The notes beneath the pieces are model-generated. The model saw only the letters and a program-made list of their open reading frames with translations, had not been told where the DNA came from and did not search any database. Of a DNA stretch of 64,000 nucleotides, positions 12,252-23,399 are shown in pieces. Both the position numbers and the translations under genes were made by a program. Position 1 is the first letter of the stretch. Each line of letters begins with the position of its first letter. The stretch lies in the NCBI GenBank assembly GCA_963733675.1, contig CAVTET010000001.1, positions 448,001 through 512,000 on the forward strand, in the 5' to 3' direction. This DNA is from an uncultured Methanosarcinaceae archaeon. Its GTDB lineage: Archaea > Halobacteriota > Methanosarcinia > Methanosarcinales > Methanosarcinaceae.

Positions 12252-12896
12252 TTATTCTTAAAGCCTTGATGCCAGATTCAGAATTGAAGTTTCAAGTTTT
12301 TTCTGACTAATTGCCTTGGCAACATATCCACACATACTTCCTATCAGCATTAGATATCTATCTTCCTACTGCATCCTCTAGTTATGGCATAAAGATGATC
12401 ACAAGCCATAATTATTGCATGGATATATCCCATAATTTCTAAATAATACTTCATTTTTTCCAATGTATTTCTTTCTGATATGGGCCAAGACATATCTTCT
12501 GAGCTCCCCCACAACATCTCCAAGATCATTGAGATAAGAACATATATTTAACTCTCAGTTCCATTAAGAGGAGAAAATCATCTTCGGCATCTTTCCTTTA
12601 TTCAGCAAGCTGCTGAGGACTGAAACTTACAACTATTTTTGTGCCAATGTTCTACAAATCCGCCAAAATAAATCTTAAAATATCTCCGAAAAGAATTTCA
12701 AGCCCCTCTTGAGATTTTCCCACTTTTTTGATGCTGTTATTTGCTGTCTCAAAATTCTGCCATGCAAAGCAAATATGTTGTCCAGTATTTTCGGACAATT
12801 TCGCGAGAAATTTTTAATCCATCCTCCCTATTGTACTGCCTTACGCCTCTAAATTTTTCCTATCGGAGCCAAAATATCTTCAAGCACTGGTTTCAT
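12252..12896 (-). pseudogene. Translin-family protein pseudogene
   Basis: Broken frames give REDGLKISREIVRK, IYFGGFVEH, YLNDLGDVVGELRRYVL (12494-12527) and RKIDI, with multiple stops and frameshifts. Confidence 0.75.
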
Positions 12897-13468
12897 ACCC
12901 ACTTAAATGCTTTTTCAATCTTTCATAAAATTTAGCTTTTCTACTCTAAAACTAAATAGCACATTATATATTTTGCAGGTACTTTTAAGGACGTATAATT
13001 TGGATCTAAGAATTTCCCTTTGTAGTGTAATTGTGCCTATCAATGAAATTTTTTGGCCGATATATGCTGGATTTCGGATTTCTTGGTGTTTTGTCATTTG
13101 AATTACTTCTTCTACCCAATTTAACTCCTTCATATCTGAGATGCTACTTTAAAATTCTGTTTCATGATCCCGATTTAAATTCGAATTAGCGAAAAAAAGA
13201 TAGAAAAAGAGGAAAAAGATTATTTTCCGTGCCAATACCTCCAACTCTTAGCTAAAATTCTTTAAGTAGGCACTGTTATACTAGCAAAATAATACGGGTT
13301 GCTCCCTCCAAACTCCTTTTTCAGAATAAGATCAGATGTATCCTTTTTTAACAGTGTATTCTCAAGAAACTTAACATAGTTTGTTTATTTCTGGCAAATT
13401 ATCTATTTTCAGCCTAAGGTTTCGGAAAAATTCGATTTTTAATACCATTGAATGATTTTTCTACTCTT

Positions 13469-13741
13469 TCATTCGTTCACAGGTATTGTCTCGAGCTGAC
13501 TTGAAAGATTCCATATAAGAGTTCTTGTATGTAGAGGAAGGTTAGGATCATTGCTTATATCTTCAAGGATGGAAATGCTTGATGCTGCTCTAAGGAACAG
13601 AGGTTCTGATTCGTTATTCAATATATCCATGATTTCATTCACGGAACGCCTGATATTTCGTGGAACTGAAGAGTCGCTGATTATGCTTTCTAGGACCTGA
13701 AGACATTGTCGGATAATTTCTGCTGAATCATTTGATGACAT
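13469..13741 (-). CDS. UPF0147 family protein
   Basis: [10 protein letters not shown] and [17 protein letters not shown] signatures. Confidence 0.9.
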   Translation of the reverse strand: MSSNDSAEIIRQCLQVLESIISDSSVPRNIRRSVNEIMDILNNESEPLFLRAASSISILEDISNDPNLPLHTRTLIWNLSSQLETIPVNE

Positions 13742-13977
13742 TCGAATCACCTTCGAGTCAATTATGATGTAAAATTAGAGCTAATAAATTAGTTTTAACA
13801 CAGACTAGTGATATAAAATAGTATCGGTAATTTGAAAAATTTTCAGTACCTATGCCTTCTAGTTGTAATTCTGAATCAATGTTCTTTCCTGTTTCACGGA
13901 GGAGAGGCAGTTTAATATTAGAAAACAACAGGAAAAATAATATCAGATAAGCGAGAAGCTGGGTATAGAAGAAGGTC

Positions 13978-14592
13978 ATGTACATGGATTCTGAAAAAGA
14001 TCAAAAAGTAAAGCGAATAGCACGTTTTCTTGAGTTAGGGGGTACGATGCTTGCAGAGCATTGTAAGGAATGCGGAGCCCCAAGATTTCGTTATCAGGGC
14101 AAAGTAATCTGCCCGATATGCGATGTTCGCGATGAAGAAGAGGCTACTAAACCAGCGACAGAAATCCAGTTCTCTGAAGCCAGACTGTATACTGAAAAAG
14201 ACAAGCTTTCAATTGAGAACAAAAACAGAGTTCAGGCGCACAGACAAAAACCAAGTTTAGGACTGAGAACTGCTGAAGCTACCGAAAAAAAGGAAAAAGC
14301 GATAGAGTTGATAAAAGAGAATTTTTCAAAAATACCTTATGATACTGGGGAAACAAAAAAAACAGCCATTATAATCCAAGGTGCATCCCCCAAAAAAGAG
14401 GGGAAGCCTACCGAAGCACCAAAGCTGTCTGTAGTTGATGAAGACAAGGAAATATTGGAGAGCCTTCTCTTTAAAAAAATAGTCAGCATTGCAACCTCCC
14501 TTCAGGACGAAACGGATCCGCAAAGTATTGCTGAGGATTTCGAGCTGATTGAAAAATGTCTTGGGATAATAGAGCGTCTAAAAAAAGCATGA
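13978..14592 (+). CDS. UPF0148 / SSSCA1-like zinc-finger protein
   Basis: GGTMLAEHCKECGAPRFRYQGKVICPIC. Confidence 0.85.
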   Translation: MYMDSEKDQKVKRIARFLELGGTMLAEHCKECGAPRFRYQGKVICPICDVRDEEEATKPATEIQFSEARLYTEKDKLSIENKNRVQAHRQKPSLGLRTAEATEKKEKAIELIKENFSKIPYDTGETKKTAIIIQGASPKKEGKPTEAPKLSVVDEDKEILESLLFKKIVSIATSLQDETDPQSIAEDFELIEKCLGIIERLKKA

Positions 14593-14741
14593 AGGATGAA
14601 TGTCAGAAGAAAAAAGGAGCCTGAAACAGTAGTTTGGTAAAAATAAGAGTATGAGGAAGGAAAAGTGAAGAAAAAAAAGGAAAGAATAAACAAGGGGAAA
14701 AAAGAAAACTGTTTATTATTAAAAGCTTAGTATCGTTCCAT

Positions 14742-17453
14742 TTACCCTTTGTAAGGACTTTCAAGGACCTCTCTAATCTTGGCTGCTGTTTTTGGTCCGA
14801 TTAATTTCACCTTTCGGAGTTCTTCGGTATTAGCCTTCACAAAGGCCTCTATAGAGCCAAAATGTAGCAGGATATTTCTTGAGGCTTTTGGCCCTATATT
14901 CGATATGGAAGAAATCAGATATTCCTGCTGCTCTGCAAGAGTACTAGCTAACTTTTTCCCATGTGGATTGATTTCACGCCTATTTTCGATTTGCTCACGT
15001 TTAGTAAGCATTTTTAACATCGCAGCTGTCTCTTCTTCATCCCTTGAGTAGAGAATTGATATTCCAAAATCAATTGCAATAGAGACCAGCGAACCGTAAA
15101 TAGAATTTGGGTTGAGCTGCCTGAAGGTGAAAAGGTTTCCTCCTTCAATGATGAGAACAGGTTTTTCATATACTCTTGCAAGATTCGAGAGCTGAGCAAA
15201 GAGGTTATGCTTCCCATCGATAAGAGAAGTTACAAAATCATCAGTGCGTTTTCTCTCTACAGCAATGCGATCGCTTACAACATAATCTCCGATCTCAAGA
15301 GCTGCAAAATTAAGTTCCATTCCTAGCCTATCAAGAACTTGTACAACTCCACTTTTCGTTTCCCTATAGTCTATAAATATCCGGAGGGATTCGGTTTTTG
15401 GTTCTCTTCCGAATATTTTTAGTTCATTTATGGATTTCTTTCCAGTAAGAGCTTCGAAATCTACAAGGGTTTTTTGGTTTCTGTTTCCTTCTTCTTGTTT
15501 TATACCAGTTCCTTCTTTATAGCTATCATTATCCCGATTTTCTTCATTTATACCCCTCTTTTTTTTAATACTTATTCCCTTTTCCCTTTCTTCTTTCTCT
15601 GCCTCCTTCTCTCCTCTATTTCCTGTATCTTTATTTTTTACTTTCTGTTCATAGATCTCCTCTTTTTTCTCCTCCCCTTTCTTTTTTACTTTCTGTTTCC
15701 CTTTATCCTCCTTTCCTTCATCCATTCCGTTCCAATCTGAGCTTACAGCCGTATCCCTAGTATCTATTGTTAAATCTCTATTTTTCTGTCTACTTCCTAC
15801 CCCATATTCATCTTTAATTTCGGTTTCCTTTAAATCTGAAATCAATGAGTCTGATTCAAAATCAAAAGGCTTATAACTTTTTTTAGAGCTCCTTTTGCCT
15901 AGAACGACTTCAAGCCCTCGCATCCTGTTAAGCATCTTTTTTTCCTTGTTTTTGCTGCTCCAGTAATAGGCTTCGTCCCGTGTACCTTTTGTCACCAGCA
16001 CAATTACTCGGCCCTTATGTTGCCTGCCTGTCCTGCCCTTACGCTGAATGCTGCGGATTTCCGATGGAATTGGTTCGTAAAATAGTACCAGATCCGTGGA
16101 TGGAATGTCAAGCCCTTCTTCAGCAACGGAAGTGGCTACAAGTACGTTGTATTCTCCTGCCCTGAATTTCTCGAGGATTTCCGCCTGTTGCTTCTGAGTA
16201 AGTCCTTTGTCCTTATGGCGAGAACCTTGTCCAACAAAACGGATTGGCACAATTCCAGGAACCTCAGAAAGAGCATTTACCACTATTTCGGCAGTGTCCC
16301 TGTAGTTAGTAAACACAATTGTCCGAGAATCGGGACTTCTTTCCAGTTGCTCGGATAAGATTCTCCTCGCATGTTCGAGTTTGGGATGTTCGACACCGCA
16401 TTCTCTTACCCGATAAAGAGCTTTCCGCATGTAAACGTCATCCATCACTCTTTTTGCAGCTTTAGTCGCACTGCTAGAGGAAGCTTCTGCATCCAGCTTT
16501 TCCAAATACTTCCTCAGGGTCTCAAGACCCTGCGTTTCCACCATTTCCACAGCATGGTTCACCTTCATCATTTCAGCGACCACAGAGATGGCAAAATAAA
16601 CATTAGGATCTCCACCGATATGGATTTCACCTTGGAGTTTTTTATTGAGAAGCAGGAGGTCTTTTTTGGAGATATATTTTCCACCCCCTGAAGAAAGGCC
16701 CAGGTCCCTTAGAACTCCAAGCCGATCATCGAGTATCTTTTCCAGATAGCTCCGAATTTCGGCAATTTCAGCAGGTAGTTGGACCTGAAGCCATTCGATT
16801 TCTTTTTCCTGAACATAAGGGCGAACATCCCTATCATTCTCAGTTTTCACAGCTACTTTTTCGACATGTAAGGCTTGACAAACTTCAAAAATTTTTTCAT
16901 CTGAGCTTCCTGGACTTGCAGTAATTCCAAGTATATGAGGATCTTTAGCGCTTTCAAAGTACTTTTTTGCAATAAAGGAATAAGCATAATTTCCCACTGC
17001 TCTGTGGGCTTCATCGAATGTGATGTGGCTTACATCTTCAAGACTTATCCGTTTCGTAAGAAGATCGTTTTCAATTACCTGCGGAGTGGATACGATCAAT
17101 TTTCCTTGTGTCCATAGCTTTTCTCTCTCCAAAGGGGCAATGCTGCCTGTAAAAGCAAGAATTTCGTCATCGGGAAGAGTCATCACCTTTTTAAAAAAAG
17201 CTGCATGCTGATCTACAAGAGGTTTTGTAGGAGAAAGGATCAGGGCTTTCCCCCCAAAACGTTGAAGCCTGGAAGCAATTACAAAAAGAGCTATAATGGT
17301 TTTCCCAAGTCCAGTGGGAAGCACAACTAGGCTTGATCCCTCAAGGGCTTTTTCTGCCAAGTTTAACTGATATAGCCTCTGCTCAATTGTGTCTGATTTT
17401 ATCATTGGGTGCTTCATGCATGATGGCTTCTCAGGAAAAAGATTGTCTTTCAT
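14742..17453 (-). CDS. hef: Hef: SF2 DEAH helicase fused to ERCC4/XPF nuclease
   Basis: PTGLGKT, DEAH, TASPG and QRKGRTGR, a K/E-rich linker, then GDYVVS..VERK nuclease and HhH repeats. Confidence 0.93.
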   Translation of the reverse strand: MKDNLFPEKPSCMKHPMIKSDTIEQRLYQLNLAEKALEGSSLVVLPTGLGKTIIALFVIASRLQRFGGKALILSPTKPLVDQHAAFFKKVMTLPDDEILAFTGSIAPLEREKLWTQGKLIVSTPQVIENDLLTKRISLEDVSHITFDEAHRAVGNYAYSFIAKKYFESAKDPHILGITASPGSSDEKIFEVCQALHVEKVAVKTENDRDVRPYVQEKEIEWLQVQLPAEIAEIRSYLEKILDDRLGVLRDLGLSSGGGKYISKKDLLLLNKKLQGEIHIGGDPNVYFAISVVAEMMKVNHAVEMVETQGLETLRKYLEKLDAEASSSSATKAAKRVMDDVYMRKALYRVRECGVEHPKLEHARRILSEQLERSPDSRTIVFTNYRDTAEIVVNALSEVPGIVPIRFVGQGSRHKDKGLTQKQQAEILEKFRAGEYNVLVATSVAEEGLDIPSTDLVLFYEPIPSEIRSIQRKGRTGRQHKGRVIVLVTKGTRDEAYYWSSKNKEKKMLNRMRGLEVVLGKRSSKKSYKPFDFESDSLISDLKETEIKDEYGVGSRQKNRDLTIDTRDTAVSSDWNGMDEGKEDKGKQKVKKKGEEKKEEIYEQKVKNKDTGNRGEKEAEKEEREKGISIKKKRGINEENRDNDSYKEGTGIKQEEGNRNQKTLVDFEALTGKKSINELKIFGREPKTESLRIFIDYRETKSGVVQVLDRLGMELNFAALEIGDYVVSDRIAVERKRTDDFVTSLIDGKHNLFAQLSNLARVYEKPVLIIEGGNLFTFRQLNPNSIYGSLVSIAIDFGISILYSRDEEETAAMLKMLTKREQIENRREINPHGKKLASTLAEQQEYLISSISNIGPKASRNILLHFGSIEAFVKANTEELRKVKLIGPKTAAKIREVLESPYKG

Positions 17454-17659
17454 TTTGCTTCAGGATTATTTCATTTAAGGATTATTTACTTCATAAGTAT
17501 TTATTTCAGATCTTCAGTGTTTATAAGGATAATGAAATTAAATTTTTGCTCAGGCTTTCGGCCTTTTAATTATGTAAACTGAGGAAATAGTAGATCTTAT
17601 GGATTTCATGTCCTTTTATACTCAGTTTTTAACAGCCAAAATTTAGATGTTTTTTAAGA

Positions 17660-17740
17660 ATATTGATCAAAATCTAATTTCTACGAATCAATTGTATGTA
17701 ATTTGTAAGATATGATGAAATTTAGGATTTTATCGAAATC
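17660..17740. repeat. Dispersed ~80-bp inverted-repeat element, subtype A
   Basis: ttgatcaaaatctaatttctacgaatca...taagatatgatgaaatttaggattttatcgaaat aligns with 19731-19811. Confidence 0.65.
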
Positions 17741-17861
17741 CTTTTTGTTGTCTTTTGGGATCTCAAAAATTCATTATCATTTCCTGAATTCTGCGACTAT
17801 AACAAATTGAAGAACCAGAAAATAATAAAGAATTTCGCAATTTAACGTTGGTATCAGAACA

Positions 17862-19685
17862 TCAGAAGTTAAAAGGCTTGCCTACAGATTCGAAACGCTG
17901 ACCCCTATAGATAAGTCCGAATATTACATTTTCTATTCCTTTCATCGGAGACCTTACCTGCCGCATTGAGTCTCGGTCTCTTATTGTAACAGTTCCGTCT
18001 TTAAGGGTATCATAATCCACGGTAACGGAATAAGGAGTCCCGATCTCATCGTTTCTTCTGTAGCGGCGCCCGATGGTCCCGGAATCATCATAGTTGACAA
18101 AAAGAGCATTTTCCTTGAGTTTTGCAACGATCTCCTTTGCAGGATCTGAAAGCTCTTTACGAGTCAGAAGTGGGAGGACTGCAACCTGCACAGGGGAAAC
18201 TGCACTTGAGAAATGCATAACAAGGCGATTATCCTCCTCTAACTCGGCATCTATATCATCTTTTACATATTCGGATTCTTTTCCAATTTCTTCTGTACCT
18301 TTGATTCCAAATTCTGCTACCTTCTTGGCAATATTTTCTTCATCAAAAGCATGCTCCATGACACCATAGAAGATTCTGTCAATACCATAGGAAGGTTCAA
18401 TTACATGCGGAATAAAGCTTTCTCCGCTTACTTTTACGCTCTCTTCCGCAAAGCTTACCATATCAGAACTGACTGTCAATTCTTCTCCACCCACAGTAAC
18501 TTTGATCCCAACCTTTGCGAGTTCCTCTTCTGAAAGTTGTTTTAAGGCATCTGCGACTGCTCTTGCTTTGTCCCTAAAGACAGGTCCTAGCTTAGACATA
18601 TTTGGCTTTACAGCAAAGCGATTTATCATCCTAGGCTCGTTATATTCCACGTAAACATAAAGATCTGTATTGCTGACTCTTGAATGGGCTTTGAGGTCAT
18701 AGTCCGTTCTGTCGGCAATTCCCACCATTTCAACCCAACCGAAGCGTTCTGTCTCAATCTCAGCATCCCAACAATCGATTGCATAATGCGCCATTTCATC
18801 CTTAAGGTGCTGCCTGAATCTGAGTTTTGAAGGGTTGATCCCTATCTTTTTCAGGAACTCTTGTGTGAGTGCGATATTGTAACCCAGTATTTCGTGAGCA
18901 ATGACCTTAGCCTTCACTGCTTCCCTGACAGTCATCCTGAATGATTCTCCCTTCTTCTGCGCCTCCTGTGAATATAGTACAAGTTCTTTGTCTGCAAAAA
19001 GTTCGAAGTTAGAATGTTTTTTGTGTCTTGGATCAACGAAAATTTCGCACTCTGCCTGTGTAAACTCTCTGAGCCGGATGATTCCCTGTCTGGGTGCAAT
19101 TTCGTTTCGATAGGATTTACCTATCTGCACTGCTCCAAACGGCAACTTACCTCTATAGAACCTGGAAAGCCTCTGGAAATCAACAAATATACCCTGGGCC
19201 GTTTCCGGCCTTAGATACCCCTGCTTTCCAGTGCCGGGCCCAATTGTGGTCTTGAACATTAAGTTAAATTCATAGGCTTCCCCTAATTCTCCACCACACT
19301 CGAGACATCTGAGTTCATGTTCTTTTATAATCTTGGTAAGCTCTTCTGCATTCAAAGTTCCTGCCACATTAATTATGTTTTCTACAAGGTGATCAGCCCT
19401 GAATGCCTCTTTGCAGTTCATGCACTCACACAGAGGATCCGAAAAACTTCCAATGTGCCCGGATGCTATAAAGACTTCTTCGATACCGATAGTCGGGCAT
19501 TCAATCTCCATAAACCCTTCCTGGATAATATAAAACTCTCTCCATATCTGCTCAATCCGCCTCTTTAGTGTGCTCCCTAGAGGCCCATAATCATAAAATC
19601 CACGGCTTCCGCCATACAGTTCAAAGGAGTTCCACAAAAACCCCCGGCGTTTAGCCAGTTCGAATACCTTCTCGTACTTGTCCAT
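17862..19685 (-). CDS. glyS: Glycine--tRNA ligase
   Basis: LRPETAQG, RNEIAPRQG, IEPSYGIDR and IGRRYRR.DEIG. Confidence 0.96.
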   Translation of the reverse strand: MDKYEKVFELAKRRGFLWNSFELYGGSRGFYDYGPLGSTLKRRIEQIWREFYIIQEGFMEIECPTIGIEEVFIASGHIGSFSDPLCECMNCKEAFRADHLVENIINVAGTLNAEELTKIIKEHELRCLECGGELGEAYEFNLMFKTTIGPGTGKQGYLRPETAQGIFVDFQRLSRFYRGKLPFGAVQIGKSYRNEIAPRQGIIRLREFTQAECEIFVDPRHKKHSNFELFADKELVLYSQEAQKKGESFRMTVREAVKAKVIAHEILGYNIALTQEFLKKIGINPSKLRFRQHLKDEMAHYAIDCWDAEIETERFGWVEMVGIADRTDYDLKAHSRVSNTDLYVYVEYNEPRMINRFAVKPNMSKLGPVFRDKARAVADALKQLSEEELAKVGIKVTVGGEELTVSSDMVSFAEESVKVSGESFIPHVIEPSYGIDRIFYGVMEHAFDEENIAKKVAEFGIKGTEEIGKESEYVKDDIDAELEEDNRLVMHFSSAVSPVQVAVLPLLTRKELSDPAKEIVAKLKENALFVNYDDSGTIGRRYRRNDEIGTPYSVTVDYDTLKDGTVTIRDRDSMRQVRSPMKGIENVIFGLIYRGQRFESVGKPFNF

Positions 19686-19730
19686 TTAAGAAATCCTCGT
19701 GAAATTGAGTGAAAATATCAAATAATGGAG

Positions 19731-19811
19731 AATTTTGATAGACCTCATTTTTTCAAGAATCATAATTATACTATTCATAAGATATGACGATATTTAGGGG
19801 TTTATCAAAAT
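19731..19811. repeat. Dispersed ~80-bp inverted-repeat element, subtype A
   Basis: Ends attttgatagac / gtttatcaaaat are inverted, and the interior is shared with other copies. Lies about 45 bp upstream of glyS. Confidence 0.7.
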
Positions 19812-20329
19812 ACTTAATTGTGAATTTTTGATTTGTCTGTAGTTATTAGATATTAGATAGATGAAGGGAACCATTATATTAAATTTACACTTCTCTGAGA
19901 AGTAGTTCTGAATTTAGTCGGTTCCGAAACCATCTCTACAAATCAGAAGAATATCGCAAAAGTGATTTTAGCTAATCAAAGTTTCGTTGTGTCACTCCAT
20001 TACTTACAGCAGGATAAAGTACCTAAATTTGGGTTGAGAACATATTTACTCATTTACATAATAGTATTAATATTAAGAATCAAATATTCTATCAATTTCA
20101 TATTATTTGGCAATATATTTGTATTGGTACTTTATAGCAATCAAATGTGCTTCAACATGAACAAAATAAAGAACTAAATGATTCCTAACAATAGTTGCTG
20201 TGAAGGAATAATTTTAGGGGGTTGATTAGAAGTTTTATTTAAGAACTAAAAACAATAAAACCTTTAAAAATTCGTATATTATTATATGTAAAAATAATAT
20301 TAAAAGTTAAACCATTGGAGGTAAATATA

Positions 20330-20416
20330 ATGTTTGGATGGGACGATTTTCAAATTATAAATCTTTGGGGAACCGATGCACGTTGGGGTGGAATTCCCTG
20401 GGGTAGTCTCGCATAA
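20330..20416 (+). CDS. Putative 28-aa Trp/Gly-rich small protein
   Basis: ATG 20330 to TAA 20416 encodes MFGWDDFQIINLWGTDARWGGIPWGSLA. GGAGGT lies 7 nt upstream, and the ORF is GC-richer than its flanks. Confidence 0.6.
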   Translation: MFGWDDFQIINLWGTDARWGGIPWGSLA

Positions 20417-21311
20417 TTTAGCTTGTTTCTAATTGTAATTTTGTTGATATAAATAACTCGCAATACAAGTGCATAAGCAGCAAAATTGATCTGAAATAAA
20501 ACAGCATCCGAAAAATCCTCTGAAATAAAAAAAGTATCATAGCCATCTTTTCACGACATTGAGAAGAAAATCCTGATAAACTGCCTTGAACTGATGACTA
20601 TGAATTTAAAATTTTCTAACATTCGCTGATATAACCATACCATTAACTCTCCTGGTAATTAATCAACATTATAAACTTGAAAAGATTCTGATAAACCTAT
20701 ATAAATTCATACAACTCGCAGCAAATTCTATAGTATTAATTTACTCTTTAAAATTTTCACTATTTTAGATTTAAAGAATAATATAAACTTTTCCCGTTAA
20801 TCATAAACTTTTTCAGTCAAGTGAGAACAAATTTAGTGAAATTAATGTATTTAATTTATAGGGAAATTTTTTTGTTACCATGATTCATATAAAAATATGG
20901 AAATAAGCCGACATGAAACTGATGTAATCAATATTTTAAAAGTACTTCTTTCACAACAATAGCACGAACTTCCCAAAATTGAAACTTAGAAATATTATAT
21001 AGACCAAATTTTTCCAGTAGATTTCTTGTTATTTTGAGTTTATAACAAATTGTTTCAAAATATGCTTCTTTGTGATATTCTCTTATTAGTTGATTATATC
21101 GAAAATAAAAGAGCATTTTGAAGATAGCTAAACTATCTTTAAAACAAAAGGATAATAAACCAGAAAAAATTACGTTAAATACTATAATTACTGGACAAAA
21201 TTTGCACAGGATTCCAACGAGGAGAAAAATACTAGACAAACTAAAATCTAATAAAAACATATCAAGGTCAAATATATAATTTAGTATTAATATCTAATAC
21301 ACGATTAATAG

Positions 21312-21387
21312 TTGCAAATTCCCTTATTTTAACTAGCTGTTAATATACTTTTCTAAGCATCGGACAAAATTTAGGATTTATCAAAAT
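21312..21387. repeat. Degenerate subtype A inverted-repeat element
   Basis: Ends taagcatcggacaaaatttaggatttatcaaaat, like the other copies. Confidence 0.45.
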
Positions 21388-21514
21388 ACCATACAAATAT
21401 ACTGTTTCTAAAATTTGTAATTAAAATTTTTAACTTTATGTCTTTGGATTAAATTTAATGCTATAACAGCAATTTGGCAGTGTAACGAAAGTTCCATAAG
21501 CAATTCAAATAATT

Positions 21515-21595
21515 AAAACTTAAACTGATAATCTATAACGTAAATAAAAAGATAGTAGAAATAATTTGTATTAAATTAAGGATTTCTACAGAGCC
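21515..21595 (+). mobile_element. Isolated IS end, homologous to 3566-3645
   Basis: aaacttaaactga...gtaaataaaaagatagtagaaataatttg..aaattaaggatt.c.acagagcc is near-identical in both places. Confidence 0.7.
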
Positions 21596-22244
21596 GTAAA
21601 ATCAGTAGGAGTTTTCATGAGCAAAAATTATTGTTAAGAGAATTAAACTCTCCAAGACTCAAAAATATAGGAATTTATCAAAATTTTATTTAAATGTAAA
21701 GTTTGACCACAAAAAATGAGAGAAATGGAATAATGAAACCGTTTTTTCCGTTTTTTCCTGTTTAATAGGCAGGAATTTCAACTTTAATGAAGGTGAGCTT
21801 CCAGTATGAATAATGAAGGTTGAAATAGAAACTTTCAATCTGAATATAAAACTTATAGTAGTACTTGTCGATTAATTTCGCAAAAATAAAAAATTGGTCT
21901 AGAAAATGAATGAGTTTAGGTATAACTGAATTATATTATCCAAACGGGAAAAGTAGTTTAACGAATTTGCATAAAATTTCATCGTTTTTTCAAAACTGTA
22001 AACATCAGGGAAAATGAAAAAAGCCTCAGATCTTTGGGCATCCTCTATTATCTGATTGATTTTAATTTCAAAATGCATATAGTGTCTTTTTTCTGTTTAT
22101 TTTGCTCTGCACTTCAATGAAGTTATTTTGAGTAGATATGCTTCGTGAATGAAAACACAGATATTAGTTACACCGGAAACTTAATCATGAGAAACATCCA
22201 CAATTTAATTAGAGGGTACATATAAAATTTACTGAAAAAGAGAA

Positions 22245-23399
22245 TCAAACTGATTGTGTTAATTCAATGTACCTGTTTACAATTTTATCCCATTTCTGGT
22301 CAGGAGCTTCATAATGCTCCTCAGTACCGAATTGACTGAGGATAGCATCTCTAAGCGAACCAATTTCGCCCGGAGAGACAAAAAAAGTTCCTTCATAATT
22401 AGCCATTGATTCCTTCAAACCACCAACTTCGGAAACTACAACAGGTTTTCCAAAAGCCATAGCAATATGAGCAATTCCACTCTGTGAAGCCCTAAGATAG
22501 GGTAGGACTACCATATTCGAAGCGCTGAAATACAGGTTTACTTTCTCATCAGGAATGTACTCGTCTACCAGAGTTATTTTATCATGAAGTGGAGACAACT
22601 TGATCCGGTTAAGTAGCTCTCTGCGATTTTCCCAGATCTCCCCGACAATCAACAGCCTGCTTTTCTCGAGAATTTTAGAAGGGAGCTGTTCAAAAGCACT
22701 GATCAGGCAAGGTATTCCTTTATACTTTCTAATTAAACCGAAGAATAGAATAACAAACTCTTCGTGTATCGAAAGTTCTTTCCTTGCTTCCTTAATGTCA
22801 AGTAATTTTCCGTACTGGTCATAAAGACCATGTAGTACCACATGGATTTTTTCAGGGGCAATGGAATATCTTTTGGCAACAAGTTGTTTATCAGATTCGG
22901 AATGAGTAATATATGCATCAAGGTTTTTACGAAGTAATTTACCCATTATTTTAGAGTACAAACGAATCGGGATTATGGACTCCTCAAACGGATCCACGAC
23001 TTCGTGAAATTCGATGATTATTTTTGGTTTATGTAACATATTTGCAAAAAATTTTAATAACAGATGCATATGTGCAACCGAAGAGGTCCACCATTGTAAT
23101 ATTATGATATCAGGCTTTTGGTTTTTAAGAAAAATGTATGCTTGGATCCAAGTCAGGGGGTTATTATAGTCCATCCCATCAAAAATTGAAAGATCCGATG
23201 AAAAATTCATGTCAGAAATAGCTTTCCCAACATGGGACTTTCCAGGGAAAAGGAAGGTAGGAAGAAGTTGACGAAAACAAATTACAGAGATATTTTTTTC
23301 AGATGACATGGCATTTGCAAGGCGGATAGTATAATAACTGACGCCACTTAAAAAAAGTTTTGAAGGCCCTACTATGCAAATACTTTTGTTGGAAGCCAT
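22245..23399 (-). CDS. Glycosyltransferase family 4 (GT-B)
   Basis: FFGLIRKYKG, PYLRASQSG and AMAFGKPVVVSEVGGLKE. Confidence 0.9.
   Translation of the reverse strand: MASNKSICIVGPSKLFLSGVSYYTIRLANAMSSEKNISVICFRQLLPTFLFPGKSHVGKAISDMNFSSDLSIFDGMDYNNPLTWIQAYIFLKNQKPDIIILQWWTSSVAHMHLLLKFFANMLHKPKIIIEFHEVVDPFEESIIPIRLYSKIMGKLLRKNLDAYITHSESDKQLVAKRYSIAPEKIHVVLHGLYDQYGKLLDIKEARKELSIHEEFVILFFGLIRKYKGIPCLISAFEQLPSKILEKSRLLIVGEIWENRRELLNRIKLSPLHDKITLVDEYIPDEKVNLYFSASNMVVLPYLRASQSGIAHIAMAFGKPVVVSEVGGLKESMANYEGTFFVSPGEIGSLRDAILSQFGTEEHYEAPDQKWDKIVNRYIELTQSV

Noticed and set aside
10354-19568. Many antisense and alternative-frame ORFs inside sepS, hef and glyS (and likewise acnA, glmM, lysS, rpoB'')
   Set aside because: Shadows of well-supported genes with no independent motifs.
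20928-21260. 110-aa AT-rich ORF
   Set aside because: No motif or RBS recognised, so it cannot be supported as a gene.
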